A stretch of DNA of 64,000 bases, from the NCBI GenBank assembly GCA_958369755.1, contig CATXJC010000002.1, positions 2,605 to 66,604 on the forward strand, in the 5' to 3' direction. Below are positions 1-9,932 of this stretch, in pieces. The position numbers and the translations under genes are program-made. The DNA is from an uncultured Prevotella sp. Its GTDB lineage: Bacteria > Bacteroidota > Bacteroidia > Bacteroidales > Bacteroidaceae. Below the pieces are notes generated by a model, which saw only the letters and a program-made list of their open reading frames with translations, made no database searches and was not told the DNA's origin. The first letter of the stretch is position 1, and every line of letters starts with the position of its first letter.

Positions 1-1643
1 TTGTTAAATTCATCCATCTCTGCCTGGCAGACAGCACGCTGCCAGTAAGCCAAAGAGTTCTTGTCATCGAGCGAGATATAATAGGTGAAATCACTGATGG
101 CAGCCTCAAAATCACGAAGTACACTATGAGCGATGGCCCTGCGCATCAGGAGACGTTTTCTGGTTTCATTATCGCTCGCCACACTCAACTCCGCCGAAAG
201 TTTATCAATCATCGAGAATATCTTCATAGAACCATTCTCATCGAGCTGCTCCTTACTGCAAACGATATAAACCTTGTCTGCCTTGGTATGCTGATTGAGC
301 GCATCAACCTCTTTGTCATAAGCCTGAACTCCATTTATATTCTGATTGTTTGGGAAATAAGAGAGCTGATACATCGGCAGGAAGGCGGTTTCTACCTGAC
401 GGTTCTGAACCTTACCACGATACTCGCTCTTATAGTTGTGTTCATACTTCGGTTCGTCATCTACTACCAACGAAGCAAACTTATTCGGGTCAACCTCAGA
501 GCGCTTACGCATCTCCTTCTTGGTCTTTGCGCTCCATCTCGGCTGGATTCCGATATGCTTGTTCATCTGCGCCTTGAAGATACGGAATTCATCCATCTCT
601 GCCTTGGCTGTCATGCCCAGGCGTCGGTAACAGCTGGCACGGTTAGACAAACCGGTCCAGAAGTTAGGGAACTGATTGATAACCTTAGTATAATCCTTGA
701 TGGCTGCTCTCAGATTACCGGTCTTGTCATGCAATAGAGCTCGGTTGAAGATAGCCATGAAGTTCTGGGGTTCCATCTTGATAATGAAGTCGAAATCGGT
801 GATAGCACGGTTATCATCACCCAACTGTACACGCATCAGTCCTCTATTATAATGAGCCAGGAAATTGTTCGGATCCAGATCAAGGGCATTGTCATAATCG
901 CTCATTGCCCCCCTGAGGTTATTCAGATTGATACGCGCCAAAGCACGGTTAATGTAACTGTTCACATTGTTAGGTTTGAAATGCAGACTCTTGGTCAGCG
1001 CCTCATCAGCCGTTTTCCATTCCTTTCTAGCCAGCGCCATATAGGCACGCGTAGTCCAGGCATCCCCATCATACGGATTGAGCTGCAGACTCTTGTCTAG
1101 CCATTTCTCAGCCTGCACGGTATCTTTCTGATGCAGATACACTTCAGCCTTGAGCGAATAAGCATTCGACCAGTCTTTCCATTTTCCCACGATGGTATCC
1201 AGTTCCTGCTGCGCCGCCTCATACTTTTTGTTTTCCATCTGGCAGATAGCCCGGTTGAACCAGTAATTTCGGTTGCGCGGTTCCAGTCTGATAGCCTCGT
1301 TATAGTCAGCTATCGCATCATCAAACCTGTTTTGTCTGATGCGACAGATGGCTCTCAAGTCATAAATATCATTGATATAGGGATTGAGATGCAACGCCTC
1401 GCTGGCATCACTTTCGGCACCCGTAAAGTCATCCAGATTAAATTTTGCCACACTGCGGTAATACCAAGGCTCATACAGATAAGGCTTGGCACCGATAGCC
1501 AGATTAAAATACTTGATTGAAAGGACGAAATCCTCATAATACAATGCACTCCGACCGGCCGTAACAAGTCGGTCTACACGATATTGGGCAGAAGTCGACA
1601 TGGCGCCCATTACCATAAAAAGAACTAAGAGAATCTTCTTCAT
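1..1643 (-). CDS. Tetratricopeptide-repeat protein with signal peptide (3' end runs off window)
   Basis: Not in ORF track. Manual translation from ATG at 1643: MKKILLVLFMVMGAMSTSAQYRVDRLVTAGRSALYYEDFVLSIKYFNLAIGAKPYLYEPWYYRSVAKFNLDDFTGAESDASEALHLNP..., repeated TPR-like A..D...A..L.P motifs. Confidence 0.85.
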   Translation of the reverse strand, partial: MKKILLVLFMVMGAMSTSAQYRVDRLVTAGRSALYYEDFVLSIKYFNLAIGAKPYLYEPWYYRSVAKFNLDDFTGAESDASEALHLNPYINDIYDLRAICRIRQNRFDDAIADYNEAIRLEPRNRNYWFNRAICQMENKKYEAAQQELDTIVGKWKDWSNAYSLKAEVYLHQKDTVQAEKWLDKSLQLNPYDGDAWTTRAYMALARKEWKTADEALTKSLHFKPNNVNSYINRALARINLNNLRGAMSDYDNALDLDPNNFLAHYNRGLMRVQLGDDNRAITDFDFIIKMEPQNFMAIFNRALLHDKTGNLRAAIKDYTKVINQFPNFWTGLSNRASCYRRLGMTAKAEMDEFRIFKAQMNKHIGIQPRWSAKTKKEMRKRSEVDPNKFASLVVDDEPKYEHNYKSEYRGKVQNRQVETAFLPMYQLSYFPNNQNINGVQAYDKEVDALNQHTKADKVYIVCSKEQLDENGSMKIFSMIDKLSAELSVASDNETRKRLLMRRAIAHSVLRDFEAAISDFTYYISLDDKNSLAYWQRAVCQAEMDEFN

Positions 1644-1747
1644 CTGTTCGTAACTCTCTGAAATAAAACCTATTGAATGTAGAATAAAAAAATATAGTAA
1701 GCCCAATCGTCACGATTACCATGAAGCTTACTATATTTTCGGAAGAA

Positions 1748-2305
1748 CTATCGACGTATCTTAGTACGATAGGCAGCACGGAAATTGCCCTTGATGATAC
1801 TCTTGAGCTTTCCTGCTATCATGTTCTTGCGAAGAGGAGACACACGGTCAACAAACATTGTACCCTCCAAATGGTCGAATTCATGCTGCATCACGCGAGC
1901 CAGATATCCCCCTATCCACTCATCATGTTCATTAAAATCCTCATCCATATACTTTACATGGATGCGTGTAGGACGAACCACCTTCTCATTGATACCAGGA
2001 ATAGAAAGACATCCCTCTTCAGAAGAGTCGGTATTTTCCTCATCGCGCTCTAGGATATGGGCATTGATGAAAGCATGACGGAATCCTTTATACTCAGGGA
2101 AATCCTCGCTGAGCACATCCAGGTCGATAACAACGAGGCGGATAGGCAAGCCAATCTGAGGTGCAGCCAGCCCGATGCCGTTGCTGGAATCAAGGGTTTC
2201 ATACATATTATTAATCAACACCTTGAGATCTGGATAATCAGGTGTAATATCTTCAGCCACTTTTCTCAGCACTGGCTGACCATAAATATAAATCGGTAAA
2301 ATCAT
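1748..2305 (-). CDS. def: Peptide deformylase
   Basis: [15 protein letters not shown] and HEFDH motifs. Confidence 0.97.
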   Translation of the reverse strand: MILPIYIYGQPVLRKVAEDITPDYPDLKVLINNMYETLDSSNGIGLAAPQIGLPIRLVVIDLDVLSEDFPEYKGFRHAFINAHILERDEENTDSSEEGCLSIPGINEKVVRPTRIHVKYMDEDFNEHDEWIGGYLARVMQHEFDHLEGTMFVDRVSPLRKNMIAGKLKSIIKGNFRAAYRTKIRR

Positions 2306-2718
2306 TATCTTCTTGATTGCAAATAATCCTGTAATATGATGGTAGCACTTATCTCGTCTACCAATCCTTTATTTTCTTTTCTCACTTTCTTCTTTACACC
2401 TCCATCTATCATGGCTCTATGTGCCAGGACAGATGTAAATCTCTCGTCATAATATTCAATTGGAATTTCAGGATGAGCCTTTTGCCAACGGTTGTAGAAG
2501 TTTTCTACTCTTGCCAGGTTTTCACTTGGCTGCCCGTTAGGTTGCATCGGTTTTCCGATAACAATGCGCTCCACCTGTTCTTTCTGAATATAAGTTTCGA
2601 TATAAGTGAAAAGTTCATGTGTAGAAACTGTGGCCAACCCATTGGCAATAATCTGCAATGGGTCGGTCACAGCCAGTCCGGTACGTTTTTTACCGTAATC
2701 TATTGATAAAATTCGCAT
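2305..2718 (-). CDS. yqgF: YqgF/RuvX family pre-16S rRNA nuclease
   Basis: [29 protein letters not shown] motifs; overlaps def start by 1 nt. Confidence 0.95.
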   Translation of the reverse strand: MRILSIDYGKKRTGLAVTDPLQIIANGLATVSTHELFTYIETYIQKEQVERIVIGKPMQPNGQPSENLARVENFYNRWQKAHPEIPIEYYDERFTSVLAHRAMIDGGVKKKVRKENKGLVDEISATIILQDYLQSRR

Positions 2719-2754
2719 TAATCTACGGATATCTTATCCTTATATAATATCAGA

Positions 2755-3240
2755 TTACTTCTTAAGGAGTAACCAAGCATCAGGATACTTACCAGCGCGA
2801 AGCTGATTGCGGCTCTTGACAGCAGCAGCCTTATCAGCAAATGTAGAAGCTACCACGCGATACATGTGACGCTCTGTGTTCAGGGCAATCTGAGCATCGT
2901 AGCCAGCGCTCTTCAATGTACTAGCCAATCCCTCAGCATTAGCCTTGAGAGAGAAAGAACCAACTACTACGCTATAGCTTGACAAGCCAGAACCAGAGAC
3001 GAGAGAAACATCCTCAGAACGAACAGTAGCATTATCAACCTCTGTCTGCTCATCAGAAGGAGCCTGAGTCTCGAGAGGAGCTACAACTGGTTCCTGAGCA
3101 ACAGGAGCCTGAGCTGCCTGCTGTTCCTGCTGCTGAGCCTTCTCATATGCCTTCTTGTATGCACTTTCCTTAGATGTACCACAACTTGCGAGCGCCAAAA
3201 CTGCGCACATTCCCATGCTTAATACTGTAATTTTCTTCAT
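2755..3240 (-). CDS. SPOR-domain lipoprotein
   Basis: Lipobox LASC; C-terminal YSVVVGSFS...MYRVV...DAWLL SPOR pattern. Confidence 0.88.
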   Translation of the reverse strand: MKKITVLSMGMCAVLALASCGTSKESAYKKAYEKAQQQEQQAAQAPVAQEPVVAPLETQAPSDEQTEVDNATVRSEDVSLVSGSGLSSYSVVVGSFSLKANAEGLASTLKSAGYDAQIALNTERHMYRVVASTFADKAAAVKSRNQLRAGKYPDAWLLLKK

Positions 3241-3503
3241 AATTCTTATTCGTTTTATTGTTTATTATTGTTGTTCATTCAATATAAATTTCGCGTTATG
3301 CGTTTTTTACTCTGCGAAAATACAAAAAAATGCCCGAAAAACGAAGAATATGCCGCCTAAAGTTTGTTAAATAAGGCTATTAAAACATTTTTAATGAAAA
3401 ATTAAGGCTAAAAGGCTTGTTTTTTAAAGAGAATTTAGTATATTTGCATTGTCAAATGAAAATGACAAGAAGATAATCGTTTAACGTTTAAAATTTATAG
3501 CAT

Positions 3504-3716
3504 ATGAAAACATTAGGTTACATTGGTGCTTTCCTCGGCGGTGCTATCGCTGGTACAGCACTCGGTTTGATTTTCGCCCCTGAGAAGGGTGAGGATACAC
3601 GTAGTAAGATTGCAGGTGCAGTAGACGATTTCTGCAAGAAGCACGACATCAAGTTGAGCCGTAAGGACGTTGATGATCTGGTTGACGATATCAAGGACGC
3701 AGCTCCTGAGGTTTAA
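3504..3716 (+). CDS. YtxH-domain small protein
   Basis: GAFLGGAIAGTALGLIFAPEKGEDTRSKI signature. Confidence 0.88.
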   Translation: MKTLGYIGAFLGGAIAGTALGLIFAPEKGEDTRSKIAGAVDDFCKKHDIKLSRKDVDDLVDDIKDAAPEV

Positions 3717-3728
3717 TCATCACCTATC

Positions 3729-4085
3729 ATGATGTTCTCTAACGATAAAAATGTAGAAACTATCGGGCAGCTCATTGAGGTGCTTAAACATTACATCGGG
3801 CTTCAGAGCGAATATCTGAAGCTCGATGTTGTGGATAAGGTGGTACGCCTGCTTACAGTCATCACCATGACGGTGGTACTTCTGGGCTTACTTACGCTTA
3901 CCCTCATTTACCTATCCTTTGGCGCTGCTTTTGCATTGGCAGACTTAATAGGTAGTCTGACTATCGGATTCTGCATTGTTGCTGCAGTATACCTATTTAT
4001 ATTAATATTATTTGTAATTTTCCGCCATAAGTGGATCGAGAGACCATTGGTCAGATTTCTGGCCAGCCTCTTGATGGAAAAATAA
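3729..4085 (+). CDS. Two-TM membrane protein (holin-like/YqjE-like family)
   Basis: Two hydrophobic helices after YLKLDVVDK; follows YtxH gene. Confidence 0.7.
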   Translation: MMFSNDKNVETIGQLIEVLKHYIGLQSEYLKLDVVDKVVRLLTVITMTVVLLGLLTLTLIYLSFGAAFALADLIGSLTIGFCIVAAVYLFILILFVIFRHKWIERPLVRFLASLLMEK

Positions 4086-4100
4086 CCTCCTTTTCGCAAC

Positions 4101-4364
4101 ATGACAAATCATTCAGAAATCACAGAATATAATTCCTTAAACGATATCCGACTCAAAAAAGAGGCGATACGCAAGGAAATTGATGCCGATGATGCCAAGA
4201 TTCAGACTTTATGGAACTCGCTTTTCACAAAACCTGAAATCCTGTCACGCAATGCGAGTCCTAGCAAGCGACTGCAGAGTTTGCTGCAGGTGGGAGCAGG
4301 AGCATTCGACGGTGCACTGTTGGCTTGGAAACTTTACCGGAGATTCAAACCTCGGAAGAGATGA
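4101..4364 (+). CDS. Hypothetical protein
   Basis: Third gene of the YtxH operon, 87 aa. Confidence 0.7.
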   Translation: MTNHSEITEYNSLNDIRLKKEAIRKEIDADDAKIQTLWNSLFTKPEILSRNASPSKRLQSLLQVGAGAFDGALLAWKLYRRFKPRKR

Positions 4365-4440
4365 ACCATATACCGTTTTGGGGAAAGGAAAGATGCCTTG
4401 AAAAAAGGTATTTTTTAGTCACCCAAAAGGGGATAAAAAC

Positions 4441-4505
4441 AAAAAAGGGTCGCCGCTGCGACCCCAATACCTTGTTAACCTTAAATCTAATACTATGAAA
4501 AACAC
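4441..4505 (-). ncRNA. Putative ~65-nt small RNA
   Basis: Minus-strand promoter TTTG(4542-4539)-N20-TATATTTG(4518-4511), short body, then terminator GGGTCGC-AGCG-GCGACCC-TTTTTT; no ORF inside. Confidence 0.7.
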
Positions 4506-4620
4506 ACATGCAAATATAGAAATAATCTATGATACTCGCAAATTTTTCTTAGTAAAAGGTCTGTTGTTTTAATTTAATTAACTTTTACCGACCTGTTTTT
4601 AAGCCTTTTTCAATAAAAGT

Positions 4621-5400
4621 TCATCTATTTTCTACATATATCTCCATTCCATCGAAGCCAAATTCAAAGCCTTCGGGCAGCCTTTTATTCGCCTCATCGT
4701 GAAAACCTATCTGATGAGTCACATGGATAAAATAAGTATGTTTTGCTCCTATCCTGAGCGACACCTCAATAGCATCAGATACAAGCTGATGGCTGTGATG
4801 TGTTTTCTCAAATCTGAGTGCGTTAATTACGAGTGTTTCCACACCATCCAAATAAGCATATTCTTCATCACCCATAGATTTCATATCAGTAATATAGGCA
4901 AACTTACCAAACCGATAGCCGAGAATAGGCATCTTATCGTGCATCACTCGGATAGGAACAAACTCAATATCCCCTATCTGATAATGCTCATGCGGATGAA
5001 TGGTATGCAATTTGAGTTTAGGAGCTCCCGGATAGAGTTTTTCTGCATTCTCCGGAAAGCAGTAAGGCATCGTATGAGGCAGCCCCGCAGTAACGATTTC
5101 ATCGCCATAGATATTGATATCACCAAAGATACAGAAAGGGCGCAAATCATCAATACCACCAACATGGTCGTAATGGATATGCGTAACCAGGACGCCATCT
5201 ATCTTTCTGAAAGGCACACGCAACAACTGCTGTCGGATATCAGGTCCGGCATCTATCAGAATACGGGTATTCTCCGTTTCTATCATTGCCGCACTACGCA
5301 ATCTTTTATCATGCGGATCGGTACTCTGGCACACCTCACAGTTACATCCCAACGAAGGAACACCGCCCGATGTGCCTGTACCTAATAAAGTTACCTTCAT
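4621..5400 (-). CDS. MBL-fold metallo-hydrolase (PhnP-like)
   Basis: LGTGTSGGVP, CxCxxC, THIHYDHVGG motifs. Confidence 0.9.
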   Translation of the reverse strand: MKVTLLGTGTSGGVPSLGCNCEVCQSTDPHDKRLRSAAMIETENTRILIDAGPDIRQQLLRVPFRKIDGVLVTHIHYDHVGGIDDLRPFCIFGDINIYGDEIVTAGLPHTMPYCFPENAEKLYPGAPKLKLHTIHPHEHYQIGDIEFVPIRVMHDKMPILGYRFGKFAYITDMKSMGDEEYAYLDGVETLVINALRFEKTHHSHQLVSDAIEVSLRIGAKHTYFIHVTHQIGFHDEANKRLPEGFEFGFDGMEIYVENR

Positions 5401-5437
5401 TAATTATCAAATATTTTTCTGAAAACAAACGAATTCT

Positions 5438-6493
5438 TCACTTCACATTCACCTCCGGATGAATCTCTATACCAAACTTCTGCTTCACATCCTCCTGGAT
5501 GGTCTCACAGAGTTTTACTATTTCCTCGCCCGTAGCGCCGCCACGATTCACTAGCACCAGTGCCTGCTTATCATGTACACCGGCCCGTCCCAGACTCTTT
5601 CCCTTCCAGCCACACTGATCAATCATCCAACCAGCCGGAATCTTTTCATGAGAATCATCGATTGTATAATGAGGCATACCCGGATAAAGAGCAGCCAGTT
5701 CTTCGTACTTAGCCTTCTCTACAATAGGATTCATAAAGAAACTGCCTGCATTACCCAACACCTTAGGATCAGGCAATTTTGCCTCTCTAATTTCTATGAT
5801 GACATCACGAAGCTGCTGGGCTGTAGGCTCAGCAATACGCTTAGCCTCGAGCGCAGAACGGATATTACCATAATCCAGATCCGGACGGAAGGTCTTCTGC
5901 AAACGGTAAATCACATGCGTCACCAGATACTTATCCTTCCACTCATGCTTAAATTTACTCTGACGGTAACTATACTCGCAGTCAGCATTATCAAACACCA
6001 CTACTCTGCCCGTAGCTATCTCAACCGCTTCCACCTTATATATAATATCCTTAGCTTCCACACCATAGGCACCGATATTCTGAACCGCGCTGGCACCTAC
6101 TTCACCCGGAATAATACTCAGATTCTCCGCTCCATGATAGCCATGCTCTACGGCATAAGCTACCACATCATCAAACACCTCGCCACTACCACAGGAAAGG
6201 AATACCCAATCCGGATTGCACAAAGCATCATCCCCCTCTGCAGCTGCCAAAGTCTTGTTGTCAAGAACCTCAATACCCATAATAGCCGAATGGAGTACTG
6301 TACCTGCATAATCACCGGTCAGCAAGAGATTACTACCACCGCCCAAAATGAGCAGTGGCTGATCAGCCTCTGTCAGTAAGCCCACTATCTGTCGGGCTTC
6401 CTCAACCGATTCATACTCTAGAAATCTGCTGCATTTAGCATCAATCCCGAATGTATTGTGAGCCAAAAGGCCATAGTTACGAATATCCTTCAT
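5438..6493 (-). CDS. murB: UDP-N-acetylenolpyruvoylglucosamine reductase
   Basis: LGGGSNLL, QNIGAYGVE, GNAGSFFMNP, QALVLVN, HPEVN motifs. Confidence 0.96.
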   Translation of the reverse strand: MKDIRNYGLLAHNTFGIDAKCSRFLEYESVEEARQIVGLLTEADQPLLILGGGSNLLLTGDYAGTVLHSAIMGIEVLDNKTLAAAEGDDALCNPDWVFLSCGSGEVFDDVVAYAVEHGYHGAENLSIIPGEVGASAVQNIGAYGVEAKDIIYKVEAVEIATGRVVVFDNADCEYSYRQSKFKHEWKDKYLVTHVIYRLQKTFRPDLDYGNIRSALEAKRIAEPTAQQLRDVIIEIREAKLPDPKVLGNAGSFFMNPIVEKAKYEELAALYPGMPHYTIDDSHEKIPAGWMIDQCGWKGKSLGRAGVHDKQALVLVNRGGATGEEIVKLCETIQEDVKQKFGIEIHPEVNVK

Positions 6494-6525
6494 ATCTGGT
6501 TAAACTATTACTACTAACTAAAAAG

Positions 6526-7383
6526 CTACATATTCAGCTTGATCAGTTCCCATTTTCCTCCAATCTTTTTGAAAGTAAGAGAAGTTTCCATACCATTGGC
6601 AATACCACGAATCACGAAGATTTTCTGGTTGCTCTCGGTATATTTCTGACCATAGATTATATTGTAAATCATGCCGTGAGGCAGTTGAGGCGCAAAGGCA
6701 GGCCATGTTTCCGGTTCTATATCGCCTGTCATCGTACTGAAATCATCATCAGGATCAGGACCGGTAAACTTCACCGGATTATGGAGGTGGCGAGCCTGGA
6801 AAGCGGTATCTGTAGCAAAATGGCCGTAAAACTTCAGGAAACTGCCATTATTATTCTGATACATAGGCTTGTAGCAGATGCTAGTCATCATCCACTGACC
6901 ATTGATGCGATTAAACACGAACTGCTGAACTGTCTTTCTACTATAGAACACCTTTTCTATTACTACATGATCGATAGTAGTATCCTTCATCAGTTTCATC
7001 TGTTTCTGATTATCAAAAATCAGCGTGTAATAATCCTGGCGCATGAAGAAATGCTCCATCTTCCAATGTTTTTTTTCTATCTTCTTGGTCAGTTTTTTAC
7101 CGTGATATACCGGCAGCGGGAAGACAATACGACTTTTCTGCAACTTTCTGTTAGCTGCAAAATTAAACACGAAATCATCAAAAAGCTCGTCAGCCGCCTT
7201 TGGCATCGGAGTCTCCTCTATCAGCTGTTCTGTAGAGTCCATCGCTTGGGTGTCGGCAATCACCGTATCAGATGAAGCCGAATCAATGGCAGGCGCAGGC
7301 TTCTTGTCTGTGCATCCCACAGACGTGAAACAAACGATGGTAAGCACCGCCATCAACACCGTTAATAAACAGAGTTTTTTCAT
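6526..7383 (-). CDS. Lipoprotein, DUF4348-like
   Basis: Start likely MKKLCLL (7383); lipobox SVGC; ADELFDDFVFNF motif. Confidence 0.7.
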   Translation of the reverse strand: MKKLCLLTVLMAVLTIVCFTSVGCTDKKPAPAIDSASSDTVIADTQAMDSTEQLIEETPMPKAADELFDDFVFNFAANRKLQKSRIVFPLPVYHGKKLTKKIEKKHWKMEHFFMRQDYYTLIFDNQKQMKLMKDTTIDHVVIEKVFYSRKTVQQFVFNRINGQWMMTSICYKPMYQNNNGSFLKFYGHFATDTAFQARHLHNPVKFTGPDPDDDFSTMTGDIEPETWPAFAPQLPHGMIYNIIYGQKYTESNQKIFVIRGIANGMETSLTFKKIGGKWELIKLNM

Positions 7384-7497
7384 AAACCTATTAAATTTCT
7401 CAAATTTTCCATGCAAAAGTACAACTTTCTTTTGAATTATTTCATCTTTTAAGCAAAAAATGTTATCTTTGCAGTCAAAAAAGATAAAAATATAGAT

Positions 7498-8538
7498 ATG
7501 TTATTAGAAAAAATAGACGAACTCTTGAAAGAAGTGAGCACTTTGACTGCCCAAAACGCAGAAGAAGTAGAGCAGCTTCGAATCAAGTATCTGAGCAAAA
7601 AGGGCGAGATTAACGCCCTTATGGCCGACTTCCGCACAGTGCCAGCCGACCAGAAGAAAGAGGTTGGTGTAAAAATCAACGAACTGAAGAACGCAGCCCT
7701 TGATAAGATCAACGGACTGAAGGAGCAGATGGAAGAAGCCGAGGCATCAAGCGATGATATCGACTTGACCCGTACCGCCTACCCTGTAGCACTCGGTACC
7801 CGCCATCCACTCACCGTAGTGAAGAATCAGATTATCGACATTTTCGCTCGCATGGGCTTTACCCTTTTCCAGGGTCCTGAGGTAGATGACGACAAGCACG
7901 TATTTACGATGCTCAACTTTGCTGCCGACCACCCAGCCCGCGATATGCAGGACACCTTCTTTATAGAGAAGACCAACAGCGACGACGTTACCAAGAATGT
8001 GCTCCTCCGCAGCCATACTTCTGGCGACGAGGCTCACTATATGGAAACTCATGAGCCACCTATCCGTGTGCTCTGCCCAGGCCGCGTTTACCGTAACGAA
8101 GCTATCAGCGCCCGCGCTCACTGTTTCTTCCATCAGGTAGAAGGTCTCTATGTAGATAAGAACGTAAGTTTCACCGACCTCAAGCAGGTGCTCCTTACCT
8201 TTGCCCGTGAGATGTTTGGTGCAGATACCAAGATTCGTCTCCGTCCTAGCTACTTCCCATTCACAGAACCTAGTGCCGAGATGGATATCTCCTGCAACAT
8301 CTGTGGCGGTAAGGGTTGCAACTTCTGCAAGCATACCGGATGGGTTGAGATTTTAGGTTGCGGTATGGTTGACCCTCATGATCTTGAGGCTTGCGGTATC
8401 GACAGCAATGTCTATACGGGTTATGCCTTCGGTATGGGTGTTGAGCGTATCACCAACTTGAAATATCGCGTGAGCGACCTTCGTCTCTTCTCAGAGAACG
8501 ATACTCGTTTCTTGCGCGAGTTTGAGTCTGCTAAGTAA
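7498..8538 (+). CDS. pheS: Phenylalanine--tRNA ligase alpha subunit
   Basis: HPARDMQDTF, FHQVEG, YFPFTEPS, GYAFGMGVER motifs. Confidence 0.98.
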   Translation: MLLEKIDELLKEVSTLTAQNAEEVEQLRIKYLSKKGEINALMADFRTVPADQKKEVGVKINELKNAALDKINGLKEQMEEAEASSDDIDLTRTAYPVALGTRHPLTVVKNQIIDIFARMGFTLFQGPEVDDDKHVFTMLNFAADHPARDMQDTFFIEKTNSDDVTKNVLLRSHTSGDEAHYMETHEPPIRVLCPGRVYRNEAISARAHCFFHQVEGLYVDKNVSFTDLKQVLLTFAREMFGADTKIRLRPSYFPFTEPSAEMDISCNICGGKGCNFCKHTGWVEILGCGMVDPHDLEACGIDSNVYTGYAFGMGVERITNLKYRVSDLRLFSENDTRFLREFESAK

Positions 8539-8570
8539 AAGATACTCAACATATAAATTAATTAATGACT

Positions 8571-9122
8571 ATGAAGAAAAATTTAACTAAACCTGTCATC
8601 GCAGTCCTGCTGGGCGCCTTGACATTCAGTTCTTGCATCGGCTCATTTGGCCTGACAAATTCCGTACTTGACTGGAACAAGAGAGCAACAGACAACAAGT
8701 TTGTAAACGAGATTATCTTCGTGCTTATCTCTCCAGCTTACGCAGTATGTTCATTTGCAGACCTTCTCGTTATCAACTCTATCGAGTTCTGGACAGGCGA
8801 CAAGGTGATTGGCCAGGTAGGAACCACTAAGGACGTAATGGGTAAGGATGGTCGCATGTATGCCATCAAGACATTGAAGAATGGCTACGAGATTACCGAC
8901 CCAGATGGTGAGAAATCATACTTTGTGTTCGACAAGAAGCACAAGAGTTGGTCATACAGCAAGGATGGCGATATCCGTGAGCTTTTCAGCTTCAACGAGG
9001 ATGGCAGCATCCAGGCTTGCTTGCCAAGTGGCGAGAAGATCAACGTCCCAGCAGATGCCAATGGTTTATACCAGGTTCGCATGGCTATGAATGATGGTTT
9101 GTTCTATGCATTCAACAAGTAA
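8571..9122 (+). CDS. Lipoprotein, DUF3332-like
   Basis: Lipobox FSSC followed by IGSFGLT; NSIEFWTG motif. Confidence 0.75.
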   Translation: MKKNLTKPVIAVLLGALTFSSCIGSFGLTNSVLDWNKRATDNKFVNEIIFVLISPAYAVCSFADLLVINSIEFWTGDKVIGQVGTTKDVMGKDGRMYAIKTLKNGYEITDPDGEKSYFVFDKKHKSWSYSKDGDIRELFSFNEDGSIQACLPSGEKINVPADANGLYQVRMAMNDGLFYAFNK

Positions 9123-9139
9123 ATAATCATAACAATTTC

Positions 9140-9172
9140 AGCCCGATAAAAGTCTCTTTTATCGGGCTTTTT
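9140..9172 (+). terminator. Rho-independent terminator
   Basis: AGCCCGATAAAAG-tct-CTTTTATCGGGCT followed by T-run. Confidence 0.85.
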
Positions 9173-9580
9173 ATGCTCCCCTTTCTCTTTTCCTAAGCAA
9201 GTTCATAGTTCTCCGTTCCCAACCAAACTCTCCTTAAAACATCCAAATGTAAAAAAGTGTTTAATACAAAACAAGAAAGTGCCTTCACCACCCTTCACCC
9301 GTAACTCTCTGACCATCAAAAGAATCGCCAAAAAGGTGAAGGGTGAAGGTTTGAAAACTCTTTTTTATATATACGCGTGAAGGGTTAGGGTAAAAACCGG
9401 AAAAAAGACCCTAGGGTCAAAAATCGGAAAAACCCTAAAATAAAGAATATAATATAAAGATTAAAAATACACCCTTCACCTTCACCTCACAAAAATCACA
9501 TCCAAAATCCTGTTCTGCATGCAACAGAAAATCATCTGCAGCAATCTGTGCCGGGATATATAATCTGGAGACAATTCTCT

Positions 9581-9685
9581 TTCGGAAATATCATTTTATC
9601 CTTCGGAGATATTTTCCTATTTATCGGAGATATTATTTTATTCTTCGGAGATAATTTTCTATTCTTCGGAAATATTTCTTCGAAT
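9581..9685. repeat. Five imperfect 21-bp tandem repeats (wTCGGARATA core)
   Basis: Cores at 9581, 9602, 9623, 9644, 9665. Confidence 0.85.
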
Positions 9686-9932
9686 TGCAAGATAAGGCAT
9701 AATAATATAATTTTCGCCAACTTTATTTCCCGAATCCACACAATTGTCACAAATCGCATAGCTATGAAACAGAAAAGAATGTATCTTTGCAGCATCAATC
9801 ATAAAGGTTGATGTAGATATGGTCTCGTCATGACTGCCAAATCGGGCTGACTCAAATGCATTACAACCAGTGACATTCATCAAAACTTGCAACCATCTAC
9901 AATATTTTTCAGTTTTTCTCGTTAATAAAAGT

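Noticed and set aside
3729..4085. Holin indicating a prophage
   Set aside because: No phage genes nearby. It sits in a YtxH operon typical of the core chromosome.
9532..9811. Overlapping 87-88 aa ORFs with heptad repeats
   Set aside because: By-products of the 21-bp DNA repeat, open on both strands, with no other support.
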